Part shown: piece after piece, positions 50,506 to 60,497 of the stretch
How positions within the stretch are numbered: the stretch's first letter is position 1
Layout of the letters: every line of letters begins with the position of its first letter
Assembly: GCA_030055465.1 (NCBI GenBank)
Contig: JASFYF010000001.1
Coordinates: forward strand, 764,526 to 828,525
Length of the DNA: 64,000 nucleotides
Direction: 5' to 3'
Origin: Candidatus Nezhaarchaeota archaeon
GTDB lineage: Archaea > Thermoproteota > Methanomethylicia > Nezhaarchaeales > WYZ-LMO8
The notes under the pieces: generated by a model
What the model was told of the DNA's origin: nothing
Databases searched by the model: none
What the model saw: only the letters and a program-made list of their open reading frames with translations
Position numbers and translations under genes: made by a program

Positions 50506-51714
50506 ATGTCGTTGTGGAGCTTGGCCTTCAGGAACCTGAGGAGGCGGAGGCTGAGGACCTCTTTAACCGCGTCGGGGATAGCGATAGGCATAGGCATGAT
50601 GTTTGTCCCGCTGTCCCTAACATCTGGCATGGAGGCTCAGGCTAGAACCATGATCAGGGGGCTGACCGGAGCGGACATCGTGGTCTACAACGCCTCGAGG
50701 ATCGGGGGATTTAGAGGGGACGCCTCGGACTCCATGCTTGGCCCCGCGACGCTCAGCACGTCAACCCTAGCGGCCTTAGCCGCAATCCCCGGGGTCTACG
50801 CAGCTGCGCCTCAGCTCTCGTTTTCGGGGTACATGGAGGGGAGGAGGATCACCATCTACGGCGTTGAGCCAGCCTCCTACGGGGCTGTGACGGGTGGGCT
50901 GAACATCGTGGAGGGCCGCCTTGCCTCCCAGAGCGGTGAAGCCGTCCTAGGGAGGACCTTGGCGGAGCTCATGAACGTCGCGGTGGGCAGGGAGGTGGAG
51001 ATTTCGGCCGGCCAAGCGAAAAGAGCCTTCACAATCGTAGGCATATTCGAGACCGGGGTCTCCTTCCAAGAGTACGCCGCCTACATGACGTTGAGCGACG
51101 CCCAGGAGCTCTCCGGGATGGAGGGGGCCACGCAGATCCTGGTGAAGTGCGAGGACCCATCAATGGCCAGGGACGTAGCCGACGCCATCTCCTCAGCCAT
51201 CCCCCAGGTTAGAACCATGGTTCCCACGGCGCAGCTGCAGCAGGCCTCGCAGGTGCTGAGCTCGTTGACCATGTTCTTCGCCACCATAGGCTTAGTGGCC
51301 CTCTGCGCTGGAGCGCTTGGAACCGTGAACACGATGATGATGTCCATCTTCGAGAGGACCCGGGAAATAGGCATCCTGAAATCTCTGGGCGCTGGGAGCG
51401 GCGACGTGATGAAGGTCTTCCTCGCCGAGTCGCTGGTCATAGGCGCGCTGGGCGGAGCCGTGGGGGTGGCGGCCGGGCTGATAATATCCTATGCGTTTCC
51501 AACGTTCTCGTCGATGTTGCTCGGCTTAGGCGGCCCGCCGACGCGCCTGGGCGGCAGGGTGGCCTCGGGCCTGCAGCTCGTGGCTCCAGCAGTAAGCCCC
51601 TTGAATGCCTTAATCTGCCTCATGCTTGGGCTGCTCGTAGGCGTCTCGGCAGGCCTCTACCCGGCGTGGCAGGCCTCAAGGATGAAGCCCGTGGAGGCTT
51701 TGAGGCATGTCTGA
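50506..51714 (+). CDS. MacB/FtsX-family ABC transporter permease
   Basis: RNLRRRRLRTSLT..GIAIG, NTMMMSIFERTREIGILKSLGA, GLYPAWQASRMKPVEALR. Confidence 0.93.
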   Translation: MSLWSLAFRNLRRRRLRTSLTASGIAIGIGMMFVPLSLTSGMEAQARTMIRGLTGADIVVYNASRIGGFRGDASDSMLGPATLSTSTLAALAAIPGVYAAAPQLSFSGYMEGRRITIYGVEPASYGAVTGGLNIVEGRLASQSGEAVLGRTLAELMNVAVGREVEISAGQAKRAFTIVGIFETGVSFQEYAAYMTLSDAQELSGMEGATQILVKCEDPSMARDVADAISSAIPQVRTMVPTAQLQQASQVLSSLTMFFATIGLVALCAGALGTVNTMMMSIFERTREIGILKSLGAGSGDVMKVFLAESLVIGALGGAVGVAAGLIISYAFPTFSSMLLGLGGPPTRLGGRVASGLQLVAPAVSPLNALICLMLGLLVGVSAGLYPAWQASRMKPVEALRHV

Positions 51715-52387
51715 CGTGATAGTCAACGCCGTCGACGTAACCAAGGTGTACAGGCGCGGCAGAGTTGAGGTTCAAGCGTTAAGGAGCGTCAGCCTGCAGG
51801 TTAAGCGCGGGGAAATAGTCGGGATAATGGGGCCCTCCGGCTCCGGCAAGACAACCCTCCTCAACATAATAGGCGGGCTCGACAAGCCGAGCAGCGGCAG
51901 GGTATTCGTAGATGGAGTCGAAATAACCTCCCTCGACGAGGGAAAGCTGGCCGGCTACAGGCTGAAGAGAATAGGCTTCGTCTTCCAGTCCTACAACTTG
52001 CTGCCGACCCTCACAGCCCTCGAGAACGTGGAGCTGCCGATGGCCCTCGCAGGCCTCCCCAAAGCCAAGAGGAGGGAGCGTGCCCTAAAGCTCCTGAGAA
52101 TGGTGGGGTTGGAGGCTAGGGCATACCACATGCCGGAGGAGCTGAGCGGCGGGGAGCAGCAGCGAGTAGCCGTGGCGAGGGCGCTGGCGAACAATCCATC
52201 CCTAGTCCTAGCCGATGAGCCTACGGGGGATTTAGACTCCACGTCGGCCCGCGGCCTCATGGGCTTAATTGAACACCTCAACAGGGAGAACCGGCAGACC
52301 TTCATAATAGTCACCCACGACCCCCTCGTGGCCGAGAGGTGCAGCAGCGTCTATCACATCAGGGACGGCAGGATAGAGTCGCTTTAG
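51707..52387 (+). CDS. ABC transporter ATP-binding protein (LolD/SalX type)
   Basis: GPSGSGKT, IGFVFQ, LSGGEQQRVAVARAL, LADEPTG, VTHD. Confidence 0.95.
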   Translation: MSDVIVNAVDVTKVYRRGRVEVQALRSVSLQVKRGEIVGIMGPSGSGKTTLLNIIGGLDKPSSGRVFVDGVEITSLDEGKLAGYRLKRIGFVFQSYNLLPTLTALENVELPMALAGLPKAKRRERALKLLRMVGLEARAYHMPEELSGGEQQRVAVARALANNPSLVLADEPTGDLDSTSARGLMGLIEHLNRENRQTFIIVTHDPLVAERCSSVYHIRDGRIESL

Positions 52388-53120
52388 AGCTCCATAGGAG
52401 CTGGGGAAACCCATAGCGTCACTTTAAACGGACAGCCCTGACACCCACTCCGCGATAGACGACTTAAGCCAAGCATTAGGCATCTACCTACTCCAGCGCC
52501 CAGGGAAAACCGGGTACCTGGTGGTCCCTACACGCGGAATGCTCTTCAGAAAAAATGCGGACCCTCGAAGAAACGCCCCCGAGCCCCCTGCAGTTAACGC
52601 ATTGAAAGGACAACCTGAAAACAATGAGGAACACTCCTTCACCCAAGATTGCCCTCCCTCGTCGAGGCTCCTTTCAAAGGGCTCAGCGCGGCTCAGCAGG
52701 CTAAACTCGGAAAGCGGGATTCTGCCGGCGGTTGATGCATTCACTTGCAGCCAAGTTCGCGTGCTTCGACGCATTAAAAGGGAAAAGCCGCCGCGGCAGG
52801 ATGACTCTGCCCTTAAACTCCGGTTTTGCTACGATCACCGGAAGGCTACAAGCACTTTTTAGCCCCTATAAGAGGCTTTGAGAGGCATGAAAGCCTGCGC
52901 CATAAAACGGCCGCGATCCCCAGCCTTAAAGGCCAGGCGCATCCCGGAAATATAGGTTTACCGAGGTTCCCGCCGCGCCTCTATCACCTGAACCTGGGGA
53001 GAGTTGTCTTAGGCCGAGCTTCCTGAAGCATAGTTCAACCACTGTCGGGGCTCCTTACGCGGGCACAACAATAAGAGGGGTGGAGGCCAGCTCGCCGCGC
53101 CGGGGGGATCCAAGCTTCGG

Positions 53121-54536
53121 CTAGGCCCTGCAGAGCTTGTCGAGCTCCGTGAAGGCGTAGTCCAAGGCCTCAACCCCCCTGTCCACCTCCTCCCTCGTTA
53201 CGGTTAGCGCTGGCCCTATCCTCAGGCAGTTGGGGGCGAAGCCACCCACGAGCACCCCCCTCTCGAGGGCCTTAGCCTGAACTATGTTTACGGCCCACCT
53301 TCCAAGGTCGCCGGTGCCCCTCGTGAACCTGTCCTCTGGGAAGAAGGGCTCCTTGGTCTCCTTGTCCCTAACGAGCTCCACACCCCAGAAGAGCCCCATG
53401 CCTGAGACCTCGCCGACGCACTCATGCTCGCGTTCCAGCTCTCTAAGCCGCCTTCCAAGATACTCCCCCGTTTCTGCAGCCCTTTCCACGAGCTTCTCCT
53501 CCATCATTAACTTTATGTTTGCCACGACCGCCGCCATCGAGACCGGGTGTGCCGCATAGGTGTTCGCGTGCCACCACCTGTACTCCTCGAAGAACTCAGC
53601 CAACTCCTTGCTCACCACCACCCCGGCTGCTGGAAGCTGGCTGCTCACGATGCCCTTACCCATAGTCATCACGTCGGGGGTTACCCCGTAGTGTTGATAG
53701 CAGAACCACCTGCCAGTCCTCCCGAAGCCGGTCATCACCTCGTCGTCTATCCAGAGGATCCCGTTCTTCCTCGTCAGCTCCCTAAGCTCCCTAACCCACT
53801 CCTTCGGGGAAACTATCAGCCCTCCACCGCTTATTATCTCGGTTATTACGGCGGCCACGTTCTGCGGGCCCAAGCCTAAGATCTGGCGCCACAGCGCGTT
53901 GATGCAGGCCCTCACGCCGTTCACGGTGCAGCGCTTCGGGTCCCCGTAGCCGTAGGGGCACCTGTAGCAGTGGGGTGCGGGAGCCACAACCAGGAACCCG
54001 CCGTGCTGGAAGCCAGGGACCTCCCTGTGCTCCTCGGTTGTAGGTGAAGCTATTGATCCGCGCCACCACCTCAACCCGCAGCAGGAGCCCGCACCGGTGG
54101 TCCACCCGTGGTAGGCGTACTCCCTAGCTATTATGTAGGGCCTGTTAGTGTAGAGCCTGGAAAGTATGAAGGCCTCCTCGTTTGCCTCGCTGCCCGAGTT
54201 CACAAACCTAACTCTTCCAGCCCACCCGTCGGGGCCCAGCACGTCCTCGACTATCAGCTTGGCGGCCTCCGACTTGTAGGGCGTCTGCATGAACTCCCAC
54301 ACGTAGCCGTAGCGGTCCAGCGCCTCCTTTATGGCCTCGACGACCTTGGGCTGCCTCTGACCCGCGTTTACCGATATCAACCCGGAGAGGAAGTCGAGTA
54401 TTCTACCCCCATTGGGCGTGACGAGGTAGCTCCCCTCAACCTTCGCGACTGGTATCGGCGTCCATTCCCTCAAAGCCTGCTTTATCCCCAGGTAGTACTT
54501 TCGATCCCACTCGATTACCTTCTCCCAGTCCACCAA
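53121..54536 (-). CDS. Class III PLP aminotransferase (omega-amine/taurine-pyruvate-like)
   Basis: SGSEANE, YHGWT, IDDEVMTGFGRTG, PDVMTMGKG, TYAAHP. Confidence 0.9.
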   Translation of the reverse strand: MVDWEKVIEWDRKYYLGIKQALREWTPIPVAKVEGSYLVTPNGGRILDFLSGLISVNAGQRQPKVVEAIKEALDRYGYVWEFMQTPYKSEAAKLIVEDVLGPDGWAGRVRFVNSGSEANEEAFILSRLYTNRPYIIAREYAYHGWTTGAGSCCGLRWWRGSIASPTTEEHREVPGFQHGGFLVVAPAPHCYRCPYGYGDPKRCTVNGVRACINALWRQILGLGPQNVAAVITEIISGGGLIVSPKEWVRELRELTRKNGILWIDDEVMTGFGRTGRWFCYQHYGVTPDVMTMGKGIVSSQLPAAGVVVSKELAEFFEEYRWWHANTYAAHPVSMAAVVANIKLMMEEKLVERAAETGEYLGRRLRELEREHECVGEVSGMGLFWGVELVRDKETKEPFFPEDRFTRGTGDLGRWAVNIVQAKALERGVLVGGFAPNCLRIGPALTVTREEVDRGVEALDYAFTELDKLCRA

Positions 54537-54677
54537 ATGCTAGACCTCCTTGTACAAGCATTAAATCATCTATAATACCTTAAAAGGCTTTTTACAGCTA
54601 AAAACGCATGGCTCCAGCCACCCAAACCTCCAACGCCTAGCTGATGCCTCAAACCTCAAGGAGGCTGCTCGGCAGCC

Positions 54678-55868
54678 TCAACCCGAGGATCTGCGGGCGG
54701 TTACTCGCACGCCTCTTCGAGGCGGCGGAATAACCATCGGCGGTGGATTCATGACCCTTCCCTCAACCATTACGAGCGCTATCCCAGGCACGTCCCCCAC
54801 CTCCATGGCCTTAAGGGCGTCACCTCCAACTGAGCCTTCAGGTGCATCCATAACCACCAAGTTCGCGGTGCAGCCCACCTCAACCCTCCCCTCCCTCAGT
54901 CCTAGGGCCCGCGCGGGGTTCCCGGTGGCCAACGCTACAGCCTGCTCCGCCGGCACTCCTCCCAGCGAGGATATCATCGTTAAAGCCCTTATGATCGCGT
55001 TGGTCCCCAAGCTCGCTATCTCCGTCGGCGAGTCGCTTCCCACAACTACCCTGTAAAGCGAATCCTCAGCCCTCGCCAACCTCACGGCGTCCACCAGCAC
55101 TTTAAGGTTGCCGCCGTACGAGACCTCCAAGACGAGGTCCGTGTCCTTCACCAGCCTCTCCACGTCCCCTATCGGGGGCGAGGTGGGCCCCCCGTTAACG
55201 TGGGAGACAACGTCCGGCTTCACCTGCACCACGTGCTCAGCCGTCACCGTCATCGACTCGGGTATCGACTTGCCGCCAACGTGCATGAACACCTTCATTC
55301 CATGCTTCCTGGCCAGGTCCACGAGGGGCACAACCTCCTCCAAGCTCCTGTGGGTTGCCCCAACCTCAGCCGTAATCCACACCCCCTCCCTCTTTAGCTC
55401 CACGAAGTCCCCCTCCGTCAGCTCTGGGTGGAGTATGAGGGCGCCCCCGTAAACCTTGACCCCTCCCGGCTTGAAGCGGTCGAACGTCTTCTTCGCGAGT
55501 ATGGCCAGGGCCTTAACCCCGCCGGGATCCGTGGGCCTGCCCTGAACCCCGTACTCGCCCTGAGATACGGCTGTGGTGGTTCCACTCCACAGGACGCTCC
55601 TCCAGTAACCCACGGCGCCGAAGAGGGGGCTCCAGTCGCCTATAGCCGGGTGCACGTGCGTGTCCACGAGGCCGGGCGCAACCGTCATCCCATTGGCATC
55701 CACCACGAGGTCTACTTCCTCCAGGTCCAGCTCCCCCTCAAACCCGACGCCCGCTATCCTCCCATCCTCGACGACCACCGCGTTCCCCTCAACGACGCCT
55801 AAGGTGACGTCCCCGGAGATTATCCTACCCGCATTCACAATGGCTACCCTCACAGCGCACCACACCAA
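54678..55868 (-). CDS. Enamidase-like amidohydrolase
   Basis: PGLVDTHVHPAIGDWSP, GTTTAVSQGE, MHVGGKSIP, HVNGGPT, GSDSP, ATGNPA. Confidence 0.8.
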   Translation of the reverse strand: MVWCAVRVAIVNAGRIISGDVTLGVVEGNAVVVEDGRIAGVGFEGELDLEEVDLVVDANGMTVAPGLVDTHVHPAIGDWSPLFGAVGYWRSVLWSGTTTAVSQGEYGVQGRPTDPGGVKALAILAKKTFDRFKPGGVKVYGGALILHPELTEGDFVELKREGVWITAEVGATHRSLEEVVPLVDLARKHGMKVFMHVGGKSIPESMTVTAEHVVQVKPDVVSHVNGGPTSPPIGDVERLVKDTDLVLEVSYGGNLKVLVDAVRLARAEDSLYRVVVGSDSPTEIASLGTNAIIRALTMISSLGGVPAEQAVALATGNPARALGLREGRVEVGCTANLVVMDAPEGSVGGDALKAMEVGDVPGIALVMVEGRVMNPPPMVIPPPRRGVRVTARRSSG

Positions 55869-55992
55869 AGCCTAACGGCCCCTGAAGGATATATCTGGCT
55901 TCTGCCCCTCGCGTGGGCCCGACACTTCAAGATAGTCGTCAACGATAGAGATGCATTTATAGTGGTACGCGTAGGTGATTCGCTGAAGTGAA

Positions 55993-57027
55993 ATGGAGGA
56001 GAACCCCTACCTTAAGGATAAGCTGACGTCGATGGAAGTGAGGAGGAGAAATGTAAGCGAGCTCCTGCGAGCAATGGCCGAGACTGCGTATCAGGGAAGG
56101 AAGCTCGGGGAGGTTTACGAGGTCATGCTGAAGATGTTCGAGGACCCACAAGTGACGATATTCATGGGCCTAGCCGGGTCAATGTCCACTGCGGGCATGT
56201 GGAAGATCGTCAAGTGGATGATAGACGAGGGATTCATCGACGTTCTCGTCTCCACGGGGGCAAACATCTCTGAGGACATACTCGAGGCGATGGGCTTCAG
56301 CTACTACAAGGGCTCGCCCAACGTAGACGACGAGGACCTGCTGAAACACATGGTGGACAGATTCTACGACGTGTACGCGTCGGAGCTCGACTACAGGAAG
56401 ATGGAGGCCCTCATAGCCGAGTTCATCAAGTCCCTCGAGGACGGCACATACTCGACGGCCGAGTTCCTACACCTCTTCGGTGGCTTCCTAGAGGGGAGGG
56501 GGATAGACTCGATGGTCACGGCGGCGTACAGGTCAGGCGTCCCAGTCTTCTCGCCGGCCCTCGTCGACTCCGGCTACGGGATGGCCGCGCTCCTAGCTTT
56601 AAGGGAGGGGAAGAGGCTCATCCTCGACATGGTCAAGGACTTCAACCAGCTCGTGAAGGTGGCCGAGTACTCTCATGAGACCGCGGTGATATACATTGGG
56701 GGAGGAGTGCCCAAGGACACGATAAACCTCGTCGCTGTTGCCCAAACCCTGCTAGCCGAGCGAAGGGGAACCCGCAGCTATTACAGGCCACACAAGTACT
56801 CGGTCCAGGTGACAACCGACATGCCGCAGTGGGGAGGCCTATCAGGAGCCACGCTCGACGAAGCCGTAAGCTGGGGAAAGACCTCTTCGCGGGGACCCAA
56901 AGCAACCGTCCACGTGGACGCGACGATAGCTCTGCCCCTGCTCGCCCACGCCGTAGCCGAGGAGGTGTCGTCGAGGAGGCCCAAGAAGAGGCTTATCAAC
57001 CTGTTGCTCTCGGAGCTGGGCAAGTAA
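55993..57027 (+). CDS. dys: Deoxyhypusine synthase family protein
   Basis: VSTGAN, RFYDV, PALVDS, IGGGVPK, GGLSGATLDEAVSWGK (catalytic Lys), DATIALP. Confidence 0.92.
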   Translation: MEENPYLKDKLTSMEVRRRNVSELLRAMAETAYQGRKLGEVYEVMLKMFEDPQVTIFMGLAGSMSTAGMWKIVKWMIDEGFIDVLVSTGANISEDILEAMGFSYYKGSPNVDDEDLLKHMVDRFYDVYASELDYRKMEALIAEFIKSLEDGTYSTAEFLHLFGGFLEGRGIDSMVTAAYRSGVPVFSPALVDSGYGMAALLALREGKRLILDMVKDFNQLVKVAEYSHETAVIYIGGGVPKDTINLVAVAQTLLAERRGTRSYYRPHKYSVQVTTDMPQWGGLSGATLDEAVSWGKTSSRGPKATVHVDATIALPLLAHAVAEEVSSRRPKKRLINLLLSELGK

Positions 57028-57308
57028 ACAAGCCTGAGGCCCTCAACATTCTTTTCCGTTTTTCAAGCTGCGGGAAGCCGGCCGCTCGCCTCACCCTTAA
57101 ACCCTGAAATCGAAGCCACAAAGGGATTACCCCAAGCCGAAGCCTCGACCTTGAGGGTGCATCCTCCACGTGAATTTTCAGCTTGGCGCCCGGCCTCAGG
57201 CGGGCAACCCATCATTCACGGTCGGCGAAGCCGCCTCCCGCAGCCTGCACTTTAGATTACTGGGAGCGCGGCCACGTGGCCTCGGGGTTGAAGCATCTAC
57301 ATTCACGT

Positions 57309-57821
57309 TCAGGTACGCGTCAACACCTCTTCTAGGGGGCGAAGGGCCCTGCTCGCGAGCAGCCCCCTCCGCCTCGAATGAGTGTTCCTCCACCATATCG
57401 CGAAGAGGAGGAACATCGCGACCAGCCTAGCGTATATGCTTACGCCCATGATCGTGCTGGTCATCGTAAACTTGATGAGCCCACCCTGAAACGTCCACGA
57501 GGCCGAGGACCCGTGGAGCCCCAGCTGCCAGGCAAACCACTCCGCCAAGTCGTATACGTGCAGGGAAAGCATGTTACTTATTGGACCGTAAAGGAGATCG
57601 TTCATCAAGCTTATGAGTATCCCAAGAGCCGCTGCAAGGCTCCAGCTCCTCCACCCGGAGGCTATAATGATGGTGATGGAGGGGCAGAAGTACACTGCGC
57701 CCAGAAACACGTGGTACCAGCTTCCCAGCGGGAGGCCTAAGTCCACGAGGTTGACTACGAAGACTCCGTAGACCGCGGAGAACGCGACCAGCGCCATCAG
57801 AAGCCTCTTGGCATCATCCAC
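57309..57821 (-). CDS. Hypothetical membrane protein
   Basis: 170 aa with about 4 hydrophobic segments; SLMNDLLY motif. Confidence 0.6.
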   Translation of the reverse strand: MDDAKRLLMALVAFSAVYGVFVVNLVDLGLPLGSWYHVFLGAVYFCPSITIIIASGWRSWSLAAALGILISLMNDLLYGPISNMLSLHVYDLAEWFAWQLGLHGSSASWTFQGGLIKFTMTSTIMGVSIYARLVAMFLLFAIWWRNTHSRRRGLLASRALRPLEEVLTRT

Positions 57822-58100
57822 TAGTGAACACGCTCAACCAGGAGAAGCCGGGGGCGCGTAGGCTAACTGGGGCAGCCTGAAGCCGCAGGAGGCTGTGAAT
57901 TGAAACCCGTGGATTCATATGTAAAATCCAGCTCTGAAAGCAGAGAGCGCGGGCGCTTATAAAGTAAACGCAAAGAAGAAACCAAGCGGGGAGCCCATGA
58001 AGGGCTGGGGTCCTCGAAGTTTAGGATTGCCGGCGCATTCTTGAAACCTTCGGCTGCCCCACCGATCTCGTTAAAAGCGCGCCAGTCCAGATAAAACCTG

Positions 58101-59213
58101 ATGTCTTTAGACCTGAAGATCCTTTTGAGGAGGAGTGGCACAGCCCACGCAATCATGGCCATAGCGCTGCCGGTGGCGGCGCTGGCCTCAATGATGGCCG
58201 TGGCGAACTTCATGGAGCTCAACGTTGAGCTCTTAGTGAAGCTAGTAGCCCCGGGAAGGGCCTACATCATCTTGAACGGAAGCTCCGCAACCGACAGCAG
58301 GCTTGACGAGCACCTAGCAGAGGCTATCAAGGCGCTCCCCTACATCGATGAGGCGTCGGCTGAAAAGCTGTTCTGGGTGAACGCCTCAGCGGGCTCCACA
58401 AGCCTTCAGCTCCTCGTGAGGGGCGTAGAGGACGTGGTCTTCTACCTCGAAGTTCGAAGAGCAGCCTTCAACGGGTCTGCCAGCACAAGCGGGGGCGAAG
58501 CCTACTTGGGGTGGCTGGCCTCCCGGGCGCTCGGAGCGCGCGGCGAGTTGATCCTCAGCTGCCCTGCGGGCCACGCTGCAGTCAAGGTGGCCGGAACCTT
58601 CAAGACGGGGAGCGAGTTGGACTCGGAGCTCCTGATGCCATTGAAGCTGGCCCAGCAGCTCGCCGGCGAGGCCGACGCATCGGCGATTCGATTCACCTTG
58701 AAGGAAGGGGTCAACGTGGATTGGGCACTCAAGGAGATCGCGAGCCTCATCCCGGAAGAGGCTAGGCTGGTTAAGGCCCAGCAGCTTCAAGAATTCATCA
58801 GCGATGTTAGCTCCCAGGCCGTGGCCTTCCTGGGAATATGGTCCCTCGCGGTGTACGCGGTCGTCGCAGCCTCCTCCTACACCGTGGCCTCCAGGCTTGC
58901 GGCCGAGTCGAACCGCGAGATCTCAACGCTCATATGCCTCGGGGCTGAGAGGCGTAGGATATTCGCGCTTCTGGTGTCGTACACCGCAATTGCGGCGCTG
59001 TTCGGCTCGGCGCTCGGCGTAGCCTTGGGAGTTGCAGGCTCCCAGGCGGCCTCGACGGCGCTCGCGTGGCTCACTCCAAGCGTGAGGGTGGAGCCCTTCC
59101 TGGAGCCGTTGCAGGCGCTTCAGGTGTGCGCCCTCACAGTGGCGTCGGCAGTCCTAGGCTGCGCGCATCCGGCTGCCGCAGCCGCCAAGAGCTGTGCTCC
59201 CCGCGGAGCGTAG
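58101..59213 (+). CDS. Divergent FtsX/MacB-like ABC permease
   Basis: TM, extracellular domain (GEAYLG..A..LG), REISTLICLGA, three C-terminal TMs. Confidence 0.75.
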   Translation: MSLDLKILLRRSGTAHAIMAIALPVAALASMMAVANFMELNVELLVKLVAPGRAYIILNGSSATDSRLDEHLAEAIKALPYIDEASAEKLFWVNASAGSTSLQLLVRGVEDVVFYLEVRRAAFNGSASTSGGEAYLGWLASRALGARGELILSCPAGHAAVKVAGTFKTGSELDSELLMPLKLAQQLAGEADASAIRFTLKEGVNVDWALKEIASLIPEEARLVKAQQLQEFISDVSSQAVAFLGIWSLAVYAVVAASSYTVASRLAAESNREISTLICLGAERRRIFALLVSYTAIAALFGSALGVALGVAGSQAASTALAWLTPSVRVEPFLEPLQALQVCALTVASAVLGCAHPAAAAAKSCAPRGA

Positions 59214-59321
59214 ACTTCATGCATCTAACGCGCGCAAACGTGCTGTGCCCGGCCGGCGAGCCGCAAAAGAACATAAAAGCTCTGTGAAGCCACAGTATAA
59301 CGTGCGGGAAGGGTTGAAGCC

Positions 59322-60497
59322 TTGAAGCTGCTTCCCTTCAAGTACCTTAGGGGCAGGAGGCTTCTAGCATTCGTCGCGGTGTCGGCTTTGGCCTCAGCGC
59401 TCTTCTCGACAACGGCCTTCAGCCTCCTGGGCTTCTACAGGGGCCTCACCTCCTACTTAGGCGAGGAGGAGAACGTATTCGCAGTATACGATAAGAGGAG
59501 CCGGACGCCATTCACGGGCCTCGTGCCGGCCTATCTAGCCGAGGTTATCCGCTCGGCTGAAGGGATCTCAGCCTGCAGCCCTGAGGTAATAGCTCCATGC
59601 GTGGTAAACGGGGACGCGGTCTTCCTCAGGGGGGTGGTGCCAGGCGCCCTCAACGAGGTCAGCAACGTCAGAATCGTTGACGGCGAGCAGCTCGGAGAGG
59701 AGGACCTAAACTTCGTTGTTGCCGGCAGGAGGATCGCCGAGGAGCTGAGGCTGAAGCCAGGGGACAAGCTGCTCGTCGCCTCAGCGTTGACCGAGGAGCT
59801 GCTCGAGCTCAAGGTTAAAGGGATATTTGAGTCCGGGTGGGCGCTGGACGACGAGCTGGTCGCCCCGCTCCACGTGGGGCAGAGGCTTCGAGGCTCAGGC
59901 TACAACTACGTGACGCTCATAAGGGTCAAGTCCTATGGAGGGGTTAAGGTAAAGGAGCTGATATCCAACCTCCTCGCATCCCAAGCGTCCCAGCCTGCAG
60001 CCCAGGAGGGGGGATCTGCGCCCTCCATGCAAGACCTCGCGCTGTGGGCGAAGGTGGGCTTCAAGGTTAAGGACCTAGGCGTCGAGGAGGCCCAGAAGCT
60101 CGTGGAGAACTACGTTGAAGGGTACGGGGTGTCGAGGGAGTCAATACTCGCCGCTTCAGCAACTGTGCTGCTTCTCTCCGGCGCGGCTATAGCCCTCTCA
60201 TCCAGGACGCTGCTCCTCCAGCACCGCAGCGAGATCACCGTGCTGAGGTTCCTGGGGGCTCCTCAAGGCCTCCTAAAGGTAGACTTAATCGCCAAGCTGG
60301 TGCCGCTGTCCGTGGCCTCCTCGCTCATAGGGGCAGCCTCGGCAGCCTCCTTCCTTGAGGTCGCGGTGGACCTCCTTCCCATAAAGGTTTTGTCCCACGC
60401 AGTTCAACTTCAGCTTGACCCGGCGGCTACAACCATAAGCGTCGCCATCCCCCTCCTCATAGCTTTGTCAAGCATATGGAAAGCTGACCTGCAATGA
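59322..60497 (+). CDS. Divergent FtsX/MacB-like ABC permease
   Basis: SRTPFTG, SPEV, LRGV, VAGRRIAEELRLKPGD, EITVLRFLGA. Confidence 0.8.
   Translation: MKLLPFKYLRGRRLLAFVAVSALASALFSTTAFSLLGFYRGLTSYLGEEENVFAVYDKRSRTPFTGLVPAYLAEVIRSAEGISACSPEVIAPCVVNGDAVFLRGVVPGALNEVSNVRIVDGEQLGEEDLNFVVAGRRIAEELRLKPGDKLLVASALTEELLELKVKGIFESGWALDDELVAPLHVGQRLRGSGYNYVTLIRVKSYGGVKVKELISNLLASQASQPAAQEGGSAPSMQDLALWAKVGFKVKDLGVEEAQKLVENYVEGYGVSRESILAASATVLLLSGAAIALSSRTLLLQHRSEITVLRFLGAPQGLLKVDLIAKLVPLSVASSLIGAASAASFLEVAVDLLPIKVLSHAVQLQLDPAATTISVAIPLLIALSSIWKADLQ

Noticed and set aside
57880-57925. Minus-strand CCACGGGTTTCAATTCAC resembling a tRNA T-arm
   Set aside because: No cloverleaf, acceptor stem or D-arm could be built
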